Below, piece by piece: positions 1 through 9,354 of a DNA stretch of 64,000 bases; within the stretch, counting starts at the first letter, position 1, and the number at the start of each line of letters is the position of its first letter. The notes under the pieces were generated by a model. That model saw only the letters and a program-made list of their open reading frames with translations, did not search any database and was not told the DNA's origin. A program made the position numbers and the translations under genes. The DNA is taken from NCBI GenBank assembly GCA_024640845.1, contig JAHEEE010000007.1, positions 141 to 64,140 on the forward strand, given 5' to 3'. This DNA comes from Myxococcales bacterium (GTDB lineage Bacteria; Myxococcota_A; Polyangia; Polyangiales; Houyiibacteriaceae).

Positions 1-300
1 CTGTCTGAACGCGGCATCCTCACGATGATCACGCTCCGGATCGTACCGGTGGCGCCATTCAGCGTCATCAACGTGGTAGCCGGAGTGTCGGACATCCGCA
101 TGCGTGACTTCGCGATCGGCAATCTGATCGGCATGCTTCCTGGAGTCGTCGCAGTCGCTTTCGTCACGGATTGGGTGGTGGCTTCTCTACGAGAACCGAG
201 CACCACTACGATCACGGTTACCCTCGCAGTCGCAGCCACCGCCATCACCGCAGTGGCGGCCGCGCGCCACTGGCTACGCCGCAGAGGTCACCGCTCGTGA
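1..300 (+). CDS. VTT (TVP38/TMEM64/DedA-like) domain membrane protein, C-terminal part (runs off left edge)
   Basis: Frame open from base 1; LRIVPVAPFSVINVVAG...GNLIGMLPG is a VTT/SNARE-associated motif; TGA overlaps the next GTG start. Confidence 0.8.
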   Translation: MSERGILTMITLRIVPVAPFSVINVVAGVSDIRMRDFAIGNLIGMLPGVVAVAFVTDWVVASLREPSTTTITVTLAVAATAITAVAAARHWLRRRGHRS

Positions 301-983
301 AGCTGCGTATTGCCACCTACAACATCCATCGCTCTGTCGGGGGTGACGGACGAGCGGATCCCTCGCGGATCGCCTGCGTCCTCACGGAGCTGGACGCCGA
401 TTTGGTGGCTCTTCAGGAGGTCAGCTTCGGGGCGCAGCTGCCTGGCGAGCTTCTCGAGCGTCTCGCGGACTCGATGGGGGCTGAGGTGATCGCGGGCACA
501 ACCCTTCACGATGCGCGCGGGCACTATGGGAACGCCGTAGTGAGCCGCCTTCCCGTGGCAACGGCCCGCAGATTCGACCTCAGCGTGCGGGGACGAGAAC
601 CGCGAGGCGCGATTGAGATGACGACGAGCGCTAACGGCGTTAGCCTGCAAGTGGTCGCGACCCACCTTGGGCTGCGACCGGCGGAGCGACGTCACCAAAT
701 CGCTCAGCTTCTTCCGCTTTTCGATGCCTCTACGGCGGACCTGAAGATCCTCCTCGGCGACCTCAACGAGTGGTTCCTATGGGGGCGTCCGATCCGCTGG
801 TTGCACCGTGTTTTCGATCCGGGGCCCGCGCCTGCGACGTTTCCCGCGCACCGACCCTGGCTCGCACTCGACCGAGTGTGGGTCACACCGTCCCGCGTCC
901 TCGAACGTCTATACGTGCACGACAGCGCAAGCGCGCGCGCTGCGTCGGACCACCTGCCACTCGTCGGAGAGCTTCAAATTTGA
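297..983 (+). CDS. Endonuclease/exonuclease/phosphatase family protein
   Basis: ATYNIH, ALQEV, GDLNEW and SDHLP motifs; GTG start at 297 overlaps the upstream stop (GTGA). Confidence 0.9.
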   Translation: MKLRIATYNIHRSVGGDGRADPSRIACVLTELDADLVALQEVSFGAQLPGELLERLADSMGAEVIAGTTLHDARGHYGNAVVSRLPVATARRFDLSVRGREPRGAIEMTTSANGVSLQVVATHLGLRPAERRHQIAQLLPLFDASTADLKILLGDLNEWFLWGRPIRWLHRVFDPGPAPATFPAHRPWLALDRVWVTPSRVLERLYVHDSASARAASDHLPLVGELQI

Positions 984-1061
984 AGATGCGCGCCGCAGGT
1001 TCACGCCGGGCGAGACTCGAGGGCGGATTCAAGCCTAGGGCGAACGCTTTCAACTCCCGCA

Positions 1062-1370
1062 CTAGTCTTCGCAGACCCTCAGTATCACTTGGGTCGCGCT
1101 CGCTTCGACCAGCCTTGCCTGGCAACCGAGGCGAACCTTGTCTGGCGTGTCCCCGAAGATCTCGAGGACTTCGAGCTCGAACTCATCTGCTGTAGAAAGG
1201 GCGTCGGCGCCTTGAACCACCTCGACCCTGCACGTGCCGCAGGTGGCCGCCCGGCACGAGTACGGCACCGCCGCCTCAGGATTTGCATCCGTGATGTCCA
1301 TGATCGCCTCGCCCGGCTCCGCGTCGACCTCGAAACCAGCGGGCTCGAAACGTACTCGAATGCTGCTCAT
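1062..1370 (-). CDS. 2Fe-2S ferredoxin
   Basis: SCRAATCGTC...RLGCQ ligands; start trimmed to MSSIRVRF at 1370. Confidence 0.9.
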   Translation of the reverse strand: MSSIRVRFEPAGFEVDAEPGEAIMDITDANPEAAVPYSCRAATCGTCRVEVVQGADALSTADEFELEVLEIFGDTPDKVRLGCQARLVEASATQVILRVCED

Positions 1371-1501
1371 GCCCCGATCAGAATGGGGAGCTTGGTGAAG
1401 CCCCGCGTGAAGGCCGAACGGCGGTGCACCGCGCCGATCGCTTCCTGCACGTCTGGATTGAAGGGATTGCAAACGGAATCGTAGTTGATTTCGGATGTCA
1501 T
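1367..1501 (-). pseudogene. 44-codon ORF, probable internally deleted cytochrome P450 remnant
   Basis: MTSEINYDSVCNPFNPDVQEAIGAVHRRSAFTRGFTKLPILIGA; ATGA overlaps with both neighbours; N-half resembles P450 N-termini (NPFxPxVQ) and C-half resembles P450 C-termini (SxFxRGFxxLP). Confidence 0.5.
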
Positions 1502-2160
1502 GCAGCCGTGTCCTCGGTGAGCTTCTCGATGGCCGAGACGAACACGTCTGGATTCTGCGCGCCCGGGATCAAGTAGCGACCATCGAGAATGAAAGCGGGC
1601 ACCGCTTGGATGCCCTTGCTCAACCAAAGGCGCTGGTGCTCTCGGACATCGGCTGCGTACCGGCCGTCTTGGAGCACCGCGGCGGCTTCCGCTTCGTCGA
1701 GCCCTACCCGGCCCGCAACCTCGGCCAGCACCTGTTCATCGCCGACGTTCTCCTGCTTCGAGAAATAGCTTTCGAACAAAGCAAGCTCGAGCTCGGATTG
1801 TTTGCCCATTTGCTCGGCCCACTTCAGCAACTGGTGCGCGAGGAACGTATTGTAGATGCGCTGGCCCTCGTAAAAATTGAACGAGAAACCGAGTGAATCG
1901 CCTATTGCGGTCAAGCGGCCCCGTGCAGCATCGCTTTGCTCGCGGTTGGTCCCGTACTTCTGCCCCATGTGCTCGCGAAGCTCCTGCCCTTCGGGCGGCA
2001 TCATCGGGTTGAGCTCGAATGGATGCCAATGGATCTCGGCTTCGACCGCGCCATCGAGCCGCAATAGCGCCTCCTGCAACTGCTTGTAGCCGATGACGCA
2101 CCAGGGGCAGACCACGTCGGAGACGATGTCGATGCGGATCTTCGCGCGCTGGGTGTTCAT
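1498..2160 (-). CDS. DsbA family oxidoreductase (FrnE-like)
   Basis: SDVVCPWC, PFELNP, VPAF motifs. Confidence 0.92.
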   Translation of the reverse strand: MNTQRAKIRIDIVSDVVCPWCVIGYKQLQEALLRLDGAVEAEIHWHPFELNPMMPPEGQELREHMGQKYGTNREQSDAARGRLTAIGDSLGFSFNFYEGQRIYNTFLAHQLLKWAEQMGKQSELELALFESYFSKQENVGDEQVLAEVAGRVGLDEAEAAAVLQDGRYAADVREHQRLWLSKGIQAVPAFILDGRYLIPGAQNPDVFVSAIEKLTEDTAA

Positions 2161-2317
2161 AACTCTCAACCTAGGAACGACACATGGTCACGCAAGACGC
2201 GCCCGTCAATCCAGCTCACTCACTTCCGAAATAAGCCACGCCGATTCGATCCTCGGCGAAAGTCGGTACCCAGTCATTGCTGCTCCCCTGCGAGCAGTGC
2301 TGACGGCCTGCAAGTCG

Positions 2318-3136
2318 CTAGGAGCGTCGGCCGGGCAAGCCGAACTCGCGCCGAAGGATCGCGTCACGCAACGAACCTGGAAGGCGCGCTGCGGTCTGAA
2401 GCGCGGCGCTCCGGCCGCCCCCTCGGATCACCCGTGGGGGTTCCTTCGCGAGAAGCTGGCCAGCCACGAAAGACGCGTAGTCGGTGGCCGTCATCGGCGA
2501 CGTTTTCGCGGTGCTCACTCGCCGCTCGACCGCATCGAAGTAGGGAGCATAGCTCGAGTCCCGGTACTCCTCGAGACCGGCAGCGGCGCGGTCTTCGATC
2601 TCGGTGGTGACCTGCGCAGGCTGCACCTCGGTGACCGCGATACCAAACGGGGCGAGCTCGAGGCGAAGCACTTCGCTCAACATGTGAACACCCGCTTTGG
2701 ACGCGCAGTACGCAGCGGTAAACGGCGCGGGCAGCAACCCGACGACGCTGCTGACATTCACGATGTGCCCTCCCCTCTCCACCATGTGAGGAAACACGGC
2801 TTGAATCATCGCGATCACGCCCGTGAGGTTCGTGTCGATGAGGTTCCTCACCCGAGCCATGGGCGCCTCGACCAGCGGCGCGGTCATACTAACGCCGGCA
2901 TTGTTGACGAGCACGTCGATGTGGCCGCCACATTCGATGACGGTTTCAACCGCTACCTCGATGCTTTCCGGGTCGGTCACATCGAGCGCCAGCGGCAGGA
3001 GGTTCTCCCCGGCAATCGCCTGCAAGGTCTCCGACCTTCGCGCGGTTGCAAACACCCGTTGCCCTCGCTCCGCAAGCTCGATGGCGAGCGCTCGCCCGAT
3101 GCCGGTAGAACAACCGGTGATCAGAAATGTCTTCAT
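2318..3136 (-). CDS. SDR family oxidoreductase
   Basis: TGCSTGIG, NNAG, YCASK. Confidence 0.92.
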   Translation of the reverse strand: MKTFLITGCSTGIGRALAIELAERGQRVFATARRSETLQAIAGENLLPLALDVTDPESIEVAVETVIECGGHIDVLVNNAGVSMTAPLVEAPMARVRNLIDTNLTGVIAMIQAVFPHMVERGGHIVNVSSVVGLLPAPFTAAYCASKAGVHMLSEVLRLELAPFGIAVTEVQPAQVTTEIEDRAAAGLEEYRDSSYAPYFDAVERRVSTAKTSPMTATDYASFVAGQLLAKEPPRVIRGGGRSAALQTAARLPGSLRDAILRREFGLPGRRS

Positions 3137-3212
3137 GTACCGGGTCTACGCTTCGAGGCCGAGAAATGCCAGCCTGGGCGCCGCGTTGAACGCGGCCGCG
3201 GTCGGTCCTCCC

Positions 3213-4010
3213 TTAGGACGCCTTGGTTGCGGTGGCCACGAGCGCTGGGTGATCAAACGTGACCGAGCCGTCCGATGCGACGAAACCATCGAGCTCCTTT
3301 TCTGCCTCGGCGACCAAGAGCTCGAGCTCGGCATCGCCTAGCTTGTCCGCCAGCGTCCATCCGCGAACATCACACTCGACCCATGCACGGATGGAGGGGA
3401 AGCGGGCCTCTCCCGCCACCGACTGAACTTGGGGTTCGGCGGTCTCGGCCGAACGCAGGAACAACGTCAGCAACTCGGGGTCGCCGAGGGAGTACGGCGA
3501 TCTCAAAAGGTCCGCGATGGGAGCACCGAAAAGCCTGCTCAGGAGCGACACCATCCCTGCATATCCGGGGGTTGCTTCCAGCGGTCCCCAGACGGCAACG
3601 ACGAGCCGCCCGCCCGGACGCAGCACTCTCCACATCTCGGCAAGTGCTGCTTTCCTCTCCGAGAAGAACATCAACCCAAACTGGCTGAGCACTGCATCGA
3701 ACGAGGCTGAGCCGAAAGGCAGCGCCTTGGCTGCTCCCAAGAGCCACTCCACCTCGTCGGACTTTCGTCGAGCGACGGCCAACATGCCGGGATTGAGGTC
3801 GACACCGACCACCGTGCCTCCCGGAGAGACCGCGGCATGGGCTTCCACCGTGGCGACGCCAGTTCCGCAAGCGACGTCGAGGACTCGCATTCCGGGTCTT
3901 AGGTCGGCCGCAGCGACCACACGCGGCGCCCATTCGCCGAAAAGCGCCGGCACGAAGAACTCGTCGTAGAACTCCGCAGCTTTCGAGGTCAATTGCCCGG
4001 TGTCACCCAT
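3213..4010 (-). CDS. Class I SAM-dependent methyltransferase
   Basis: VLDVACGTG motif I, GVDLN, FDAVLSQFGLMFF. Confidence 0.9.
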   Translation of the reverse strand: MGDTGQLTSKAAEFYDEFFVPALFGEWAPRVVAAADLRPGMRVLDVACGTGVATVEAHAAVSPGGTVVGVDLNPGMLAVARRKSDEVEWLLGAAKALPFGSASFDAVLSQFGLMFFSERKAALAEMWRVLRPGGRLVVAVWGPLEATPGYAGMVSLLSRLFGAPIADLLRSPYSLGDPELLTLFLRSAETAEPQVQSVAGEARFPSIRAWVECDVRGWTLADKLGDAELELLVAEAEKELDGFVASDGSVTFDHPALVATATKAS

Positions 4011-4025
4011 GCCTGCCCACCATGG

Positions 4026-5027
4026 CTAGTTGGCGGCTGCCGCTCTGACCGCGTCGACCAGGTCCTTCGAAAATACTCGGCCGGTCATGCGCTCGAGGAT
4101 CTGCTTCGAAACGGCGTCCCACTCGGCCTTGTGCCGGCTGGTGTCGGTCGCCGCGATGCCCTTCTTCATCACGACGTCATAGGCCGTCTGGTCGTCGCGG
4201 CGGATGGACTCGTTGAGCAAGGTCTCGACCCGCTTGGCGGTGCTGTAGAACGCCTCCTGGAGCTCCGGCGGCAAGGCGTCCAGCTTGTCCTTCTTCATCA
4301 CGACGCCGCCAGCAATGATGGAAAGGTTGTGACCGGTCATGTAGTTGACGCGCGTGTGCCACTGCAACGCCACCGCGGTCAGAGCCGATGATGTCACGAC
4401 GTCGACCATCTTGGTCTGAAGACCGGGATACACCTCGGGCACTCCGAGGCGCACACCCGGCGCGCCAACCACGTCGTAGAACTCGATGAAGTTCAGGTCG
4501 TCTTTCCAGACCCAGGGGCGCATGGACTTCAAGTCGGACGGCTTGGCGACTTCCTTGACTGAGAAAAGCCGCGTCTTGCCGGCGTCACCCCACGCGACCA
4601 TCTTGAAGCCTTCTTCTTCGAACATCTTCTCGAAGCGATCAGCCAGCTTGGTGCGAACGCGGTCGAGCTTCTCGTAAGTCTCGAGAAACCCTGGAACTCC
4701 CAAGATGACCATCGGCCGTACGAGCATGGCAAGACCGACGATGGTCACGACGCCACCATCGAGCTGGCCGACGCGCATCTTTCGCACGAAGTCCCGCTCA
4801 TCTCCCTGTGAGCCACCTGGATAGAAGCGCAGCTTCAGCCGACCGTCGGTGTTGTCCTGAATGGTTTTGTTCCAAGCATTCAAGACTTTCATCCACGACG
4901 ACCCGGCGGGCGCAAGAGATGCGATGCGAAGCATCGTGGCCTCTTCGGCACGAGTTTTGGTAGCGGCGCCTGGCAACCCCGAAAGGACGATGGCAAGCAA
5001 CGCAACCAGAGGGAAGCACCGGTTCAT
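4026..5027 (-). CDS. dctP: TRAP transporter substrate-binding protein (DctP family)
   Basis: Signal peptide; LRIASLAPAGSSW, FYPGGSQGDE, VYPGLQTKMVD. Confidence 0.85.
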   Translation of the reverse strand: MNRCFPLVALLAIVLSGLPGAATKTRAEEATMLRIASLAPAGSSWMKVLNAWNKTIQDNTDGRLKLRFYPGGSQGDERDFVRKMRVGQLDGGVVTIVGLAMLVRPMVILGVPGFLETYEKLDRVRTKLADRFEKMFEEEGFKMVAWGDAGKTRLFSVKEVAKPSDLKSMRPWVWKDDLNFIEFYDVVGAPGVRLGVPEVYPGLQTKMVDVVTSSALTAVALQWHTRVNYMTGHNLSIIAGGVVMKKDKLDALPPELQEAFYSTAKRVETLLNESIRRDDQTAYDVVMKKGIAATDTSRHKAEWDAVSKQILERMTGRVFSKDLVDAVRAAAAN

Positions 5028-5128
5028 GGCAGCATGATATTAGGACTCGGCCACACCGGTCCAGCGTTTCCTTCCACCCAACGAGGGCACGAGCTGCAAG
5101 GTTCGCTGACCGTGCTATCAGCAGGCCT

Positions 5129-7087
5129 ATGCATAGCTTTTCGCTGCATTCCTCGTGGCCGACACGATGGGCCGCGGCTATCTTCTTCATCACCTCGATC
5201 GCGTCCCTCGGTTGCTCGTCGGAGAGCGGGACGACCGAATCGACCGTAGAGCTCCCGGCTTCGGTGACCCAGTGGGCGCCCGTCGGCGCTCGAACCGTGG
5301 GCGACTACGCCTACGACGTCATCCCGGAACCAAACGGCTTCCACACCATGCACGTCGGACCGAACAACACCGACAATGTGTGGATCGCGCTCGCGCCCGA
5401 GCTCGAGCTCGATTGGGTGGCTGAGCAGAGGTTCTACGTGCCCGAGGGCCCCACGTACGACAACCAGGGGAACCTTTACTTTAGTCCGCTCTTCCCTCAG
5501 GAGAACGTCTCGCTCGTCTCGCTCGACGCCGAGACGGGCGAACGAAACTGGGCGGTTGCCGGCAACGACAGCAACGCCGGGAGCGGCGCGATTCTCGTCC
5601 TGAACGATCCGGACAACCCCGGGGAGCAGATCATCTATCACGCGACCTACACAGAAGCGATGGCGCTCCAGCCAGACGAAACGATCCTCTGGCAAACCTC
5701 CACGGAGCTCTCCCTGCCGCCGGTGATCCCCGGCGAGCGATCGACGACACACTCGTTTGGTTTCAACTATCACCCACAGACCGACACACTCGTCGCACTG
5801 ATGATGGGCGGCGAAGTCCTGGCCTTTGATCGGGTTAGCGGCGATCGCGTCGCCACGAGCCAGATCCCGGGCTCACCGGCCGTCAGTGCACCGGTCGAGC
5901 TTCCGCAAAACGTGATCGACGCGAGCAATGCTCTAACGGACGCGGTGTTTGGGCAAACCCCGAGCGGCTTGAGCTTCTTCTCCGCGATCGTCGAAGTGAT
6001 CTTTGGCGGTGGCTCAGTCGTCACCAACTATTTCGCGATCGATCCCAACACAGGTCGGATCTACATCGCGGCAACAGCGGAAGACGCTGAAGACGGCACG
6101 ACCGACGGTCGATCAGAGCTCGGAGCGCTGTACTCCCTCGACCTCGTCGCCGATGGCAATGGAGGCCTCGAGTTCGAGCCACGCAATCGAATCACTTTCA
6201 TGGGTGGCACCGGTTCAACGCCTACCGTCAGCGAAGACGGCAACCGTGTATTCGTGTCTGACAACGTCGGCAACGTGATCGCCCTCGACCGCGACCTGAA
6301 CGAGCTCTGGCGTTACGAGCTCGACGCACCCGCTGCCGCGTCAATTGCGGTGTCCCCGGACAATGACGAGGTCTACGCCGTCACACGTAAAGACGTCTAC
6401 AAGCTGATCGACGAAGGCGACGCTGCCGAGCTCGGCTGGATCGCAACCCTCGACGCGTTCGCCGACGACCCAGACGTCGAAGTCGAGTTCCAGGCGCTCA
6501 CCCCGACGATCACAGCAAACGGAATCGCGATCAGCATCGGCGGTGGCGTCTTGGTGTCCGATCGGGAGGTGATGCTGAAAGTGGGCATGGGCCTCCTCGA
6601 CCGCGAGACAGGCAGACTCCGATCGTTTGCGCTCGGTCGCGAGGAGTCGATCGCCGTAACGAGCGTTGCGCCGGACGGTGGCATCTACACGGCGAGTTCG
6701 CCGGTGAGGCGCGCGGGCGGCAAGGCGCTCTACCCTTCCCTCGCCGAGGATATCATCGGTGGCATCTCGCGCTACAAGCCGGTGCGCCACCATCTGCTCG
6801 CACGTGACGCCACGTGCGCAGCGGGTGGACGGGCGCGTAACGCGGCGACCATCGCCGAGGATTCGCCCAAGTCCGCGGAGCAGGACATCCGTCAAATCCA
6901 GATGTTGATCGACCAAAGCCGCGGGGCTCTCGACCGCGCGGTCGCCGACGGCGACTTGGGTGCGAACGCGGCCGCCTTACTCGACGCGGATCTCGAATCG
7001 ATCGCGGCTGAGCTCTCGCTGTTGGGGCTCGATGCCGCAGGGAACTCATTGGTCCGCGTCTGCAATCAACTAGAGGTGCCGCAATGA
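5129..7087 (+). CDS. Lipoprotein with PQQ-like beta-propeller and helical C-terminal extension
   Basis: Lipobox SLGC; repeated blade-like segments (PTYDNQGNLYF, TGRIYI, STPTVSEDGNRVFV); start uncertain. Confidence 0.7.
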   Translation: MHSFSLHSSWPTRWAAAIFFITSIASLGCSSESGTTESTVELPASVTQWAPVGARTVGDYAYDVIPEPNGFHTMHVGPNNTDNVWIALAPELELDWVAEQRFYVPEGPTYDNQGNLYFSPLFPQENVSLVSLDAETGERNWAVAGNDSNAGSGAILVLNDPDNPGEQIIYHATYTEAMALQPDETILWQTSTELSLPPVIPGERSTTHSFGFNYHPQTDTLVALMMGGEVLAFDRVSGDRVATSQIPGSPAVSAPVELPQNVIDASNALTDAVFGQTPSGLSFFSAIVEVIFGGGSVVTNYFAIDPNTGRIYIAATAEDAEDGTTDGRSELGALYSLDLVADGNGGLEFEPRNRITFMGGTGSTPTVSEDGNRVFVSDNVGNVIALDRDLNELWRYELDAPAAASIAVSPDNDEVYAVTRKDVYKLIDEGDAAELGWIATLDAFADDPDVEVEFQALTPTITANGIAISIGGGVLVSDREVMLKVGMGLLDRETGRLRSFALGREESIAVTSVAPDGGIYTASSPVRRAGGKALYPSLAEDIIGGISRYKPVRHHLLARDATCAAGGRARNAATIAEDSPKSAEQDIRQIQMLIDQSRGALDRAVADGDLGANAAALLDADLESIAAELSLLGLDAAGNSLVRVCNQLEVPQ

Positions 7088-9297
7088 GGCGGACTTTCGA
7101 GTGGGTGCGTCTAACCCTGTTGGTTGCGCTTGCCGGATGTTCGAGTCACGCCGGCAGCACGGAGACCGTTTCGGCGGAACGAGCGCTCGTTGGGCGGCTG
7201 TTGCCTGGGTACGAGGGGCAGATCGAGGTCGAGAGCATTCCTAGCCAGGAGGGACTCGACACGTTCGAGCTCGAAACGCGCGGGCAACGGCTCGTGATTC
7301 GAGGGTCGAGCGGGGTCGCCGTGGCAAGCGGGCTCAACCACTATCTGAAGCATTTCGGAAACGGCCATTTGTCGTGGGGCGGAGATCGGGTCGACCTCGG
7401 TGAGTCCCTCCCTCCCGTCGATACCGTGGTGCGTGTGACGTCGCCTCACGAGAATCGCTACATCTACAACTTCACCGTCACGGGCTATACGAGCCCTCAT
7501 TGGGACTGGACGGACTGGGAGCGCGAGATCGACTTGATCGCAGCGCACGGCTTCAACATGGCGCTGGTCCCAATCGGCAACGAGCAGGTGATGATCCAAG
7601 CGCTCGCGGGCTACGGGTACACGTCTGAGGAGATCCGAGAATGGATTGTCGGCCCAGCATACCAGCCGTGGCAGTGGATGGGGAACATCCAAAGCCAAGG
7701 CCCTCCACTCTCTGCGGAGCTGGTCGAGCGCCGCGCGGCCTTGGGCCGAACGATCGCGGATCGGATGCGCGAGCTCGGCATCACGCCCGTCGTGCCCGGC
7801 TTCTACGGCGTCGTGCCACCAGGCTTTTCGGAGCGAAACGGCGAAGAGTACGACGTCAAGCAGACAGGCCTCTGGAACGGGAGCTTCGTACGACCCGACC
7901 TCCTCAACCCTGCCCAGGGCGAACGCTTCCAGGAAGTCGCCGACGCGTTCTACCTTGCGATCGAGGAAGTGTTCGGCGAGGTCACGCACTTTGCGGCGGA
8001 CCTTTTCCACGAAGGAACCGTCACGCCGGGCGTCGAGGTGAGCGCCGCAGCGACAAACGTTCAAGAGGCGATGCTTCGCGCCAACCCGGACGCGATCTGG
8101 GTCATTCAAGGTTGGTTCAGCAATCCGAAAGCCGAGCTTTTGGCCGGCCTCGATCCGAAGAGCGCGTTGATTCTGGACCTCTGGGGGGACGAAAATCCTC
8201 TTTACCCGACCTACACCAATCGAGGCGCGGCCCCCTTCGATGGGGTCCCGTGGGTCTGGTCGTTCCTTCAGAACTTCGGCGGCCGTACCGCGCTCCATGG
8301 AAACCTCGACACCGTGACCGGCCTTTATGGCGACGCCGGGCTGTTCGCCAATCCCTCGCGCGGCGCGCTCACAGGCCTCGGCGTGCTCATGGAGGCCACT
8401 CATCAGAACCCGGTCGTTCTCGATCTCGTCTCGGAGATGAACTGGCGGGCGCCGGCTGATGGCGCCCTCGAATTGCGGGAGTGGATTCGTGAGTACTCGG
8501 ATCGACGTTACGGTCAGGAGCTCGCAGTAACACGCGACGCTTGGGTGTCCCTTCTCGAAACCGCCTACTCGACGACGCCCGGGCTTCAATTCGGTCCGAA
8601 CGAATCGATTCTATGTGCCCGACCCGACCTCGACGCCGAGAACGTGTACGAAACCGGCCCGCCTGCGGACCCGTACTACGACATGCCTCGACTGGAAGCC
8701 GCGTTGGGCGACCTGCTCGCCGCGCGGGGCCAGCTTGGAGCCGAAGACACCTACCGCTACGACTTGGTCGACGTCGCCCGACAGGTCGTCGCCAATCGCG
8801 CCCGGCTCCTCCTGGATGATGTGCGCGCCGCGTACGGCGCAGAGGACCGCGCTCGCTTCGTCGAGCTCAGCGCTCGCTTCCTTCAGCTCATCCGCGACCA
8901 AGAGCGGCTCGTTGCGACCCGGCAAGAGCTCTTGCTGGGGACTTGGATCCAGGGGGCCCGCGCGCTGGCCGGCACGTCGACCGAAGCAGACCGCTTTGAA
9001 GCGGAAGCCCGCAGGCTGCTGACAACCTGGTCCGAGGAGGAGTCGATCTTGAGCGACTACGCCCACCGTGAATGGGCCGGCCTGCTGGGCGACTACTACC
9101 ACGGCCGCTGGCAGCTCTACTTCGACTACCTAACCGACCAGCTGGACGGCGGCAGCCCGGAACCGCCGGACTTTTTCGCGTACGAGTCCGCTTGGACCCG
9201 CGAGACCGACCCCGACGGAACGGACCACGCGTCAGCTCCGGTTGGCGATAGCATCGCGATTTCGCATGAGCTCTACGAGCGTTACGCAGCGCAATAG
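7084..9297 (+). CDS. Alpha-N-acetylglucosaminidase (GH89) lipoprotein
   Basis: Lipobox LAGC; RYIYNFTVTGYT, WEREID, PAYQPWQWMGN, FHE, WVIQGW, NFGGRT, GVLME, DYAHREWAGLLGDYYHGRW are NAGLU-family motifs; ATGA overlap with upstream gene. Confidence 0.92.
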   Translation: MRRTFEWVRLTLLVALAGCSSHAGSTETVSAERALVGRLLPGYEGQIEVESIPSQEGLDTFELETRGQRLVIRGSSGVAVASGLNHYLKHFGNGHLSWGGDRVDLGESLPPVDTVVRVTSPHENRYIYNFTVTGYTSPHWDWTDWEREIDLIAAHGFNMALVPIGNEQVMIQALAGYGYTSEEIREWIVGPAYQPWQWMGNIQSQGPPLSAELVERRAALGRTIADRMRELGITPVVPGFYGVVPPGFSERNGEEYDVKQTGLWNGSFVRPDLLNPAQGERFQEVADAFYLAIEEVFGEVTHFAADLFHEGTVTPGVEVSAAATNVQEAMLRANPDAIWVIQGWFSNPKAELLAGLDPKSALILDLWGDENPLYPTYTNRGAAPFDGVPWVWSFLQNFGGRTALHGNLDTVTGLYGDAGLFANPSRGALTGLGVLMEATHQNPVVLDLVSEMNWRAPADGALELREWIREYSDRRYGQELAVTRDAWVSLLETAYSTTPGLQFGPNESILCARPDLDAENVYETGPPADPYYDMPRLEAALGDLLAARGQLGAEDTYRYDLVDVARQVVANRARLLLDDVRAAYGAEDRARFVELSARFLQLIRDQERLVATRQELLLGTWIQGARALAGTSTEADRFEAEARRLLTTWSEEESILSDYAHREWAGLLGDYYHGRWQLYFDYLTDQLDGGSPEPPDFFAYESAWTRETDPDGTDHASAPVGDSIAISHELYERYAAQ

Positions 9298-9354
9298 GCG
9301 CGCATCGCGCGGCAGCCCATTGGCGATTCGCATGAGCTGTGTAATGAATGTGCC

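Noticed and set aside
2206-2277. 23-codon minus-strand ORF (MTGYRLSPRIESAWLISEVSELD) with a GGAG RBS
   Set aside because: Too short, no coupling to neighbours and no recognisable similarity; could be a remnant but unsupported
7111-8589. Long alternative-frame ORFs (also 2093-3262, 13320-14798, 18290-20218, 33701-35437, 38552-40594 and many shorter ones)
   Set aside because: They are antisense or shifted shadows of well-supported genes, expected in high-GC DNA, with no family motifs
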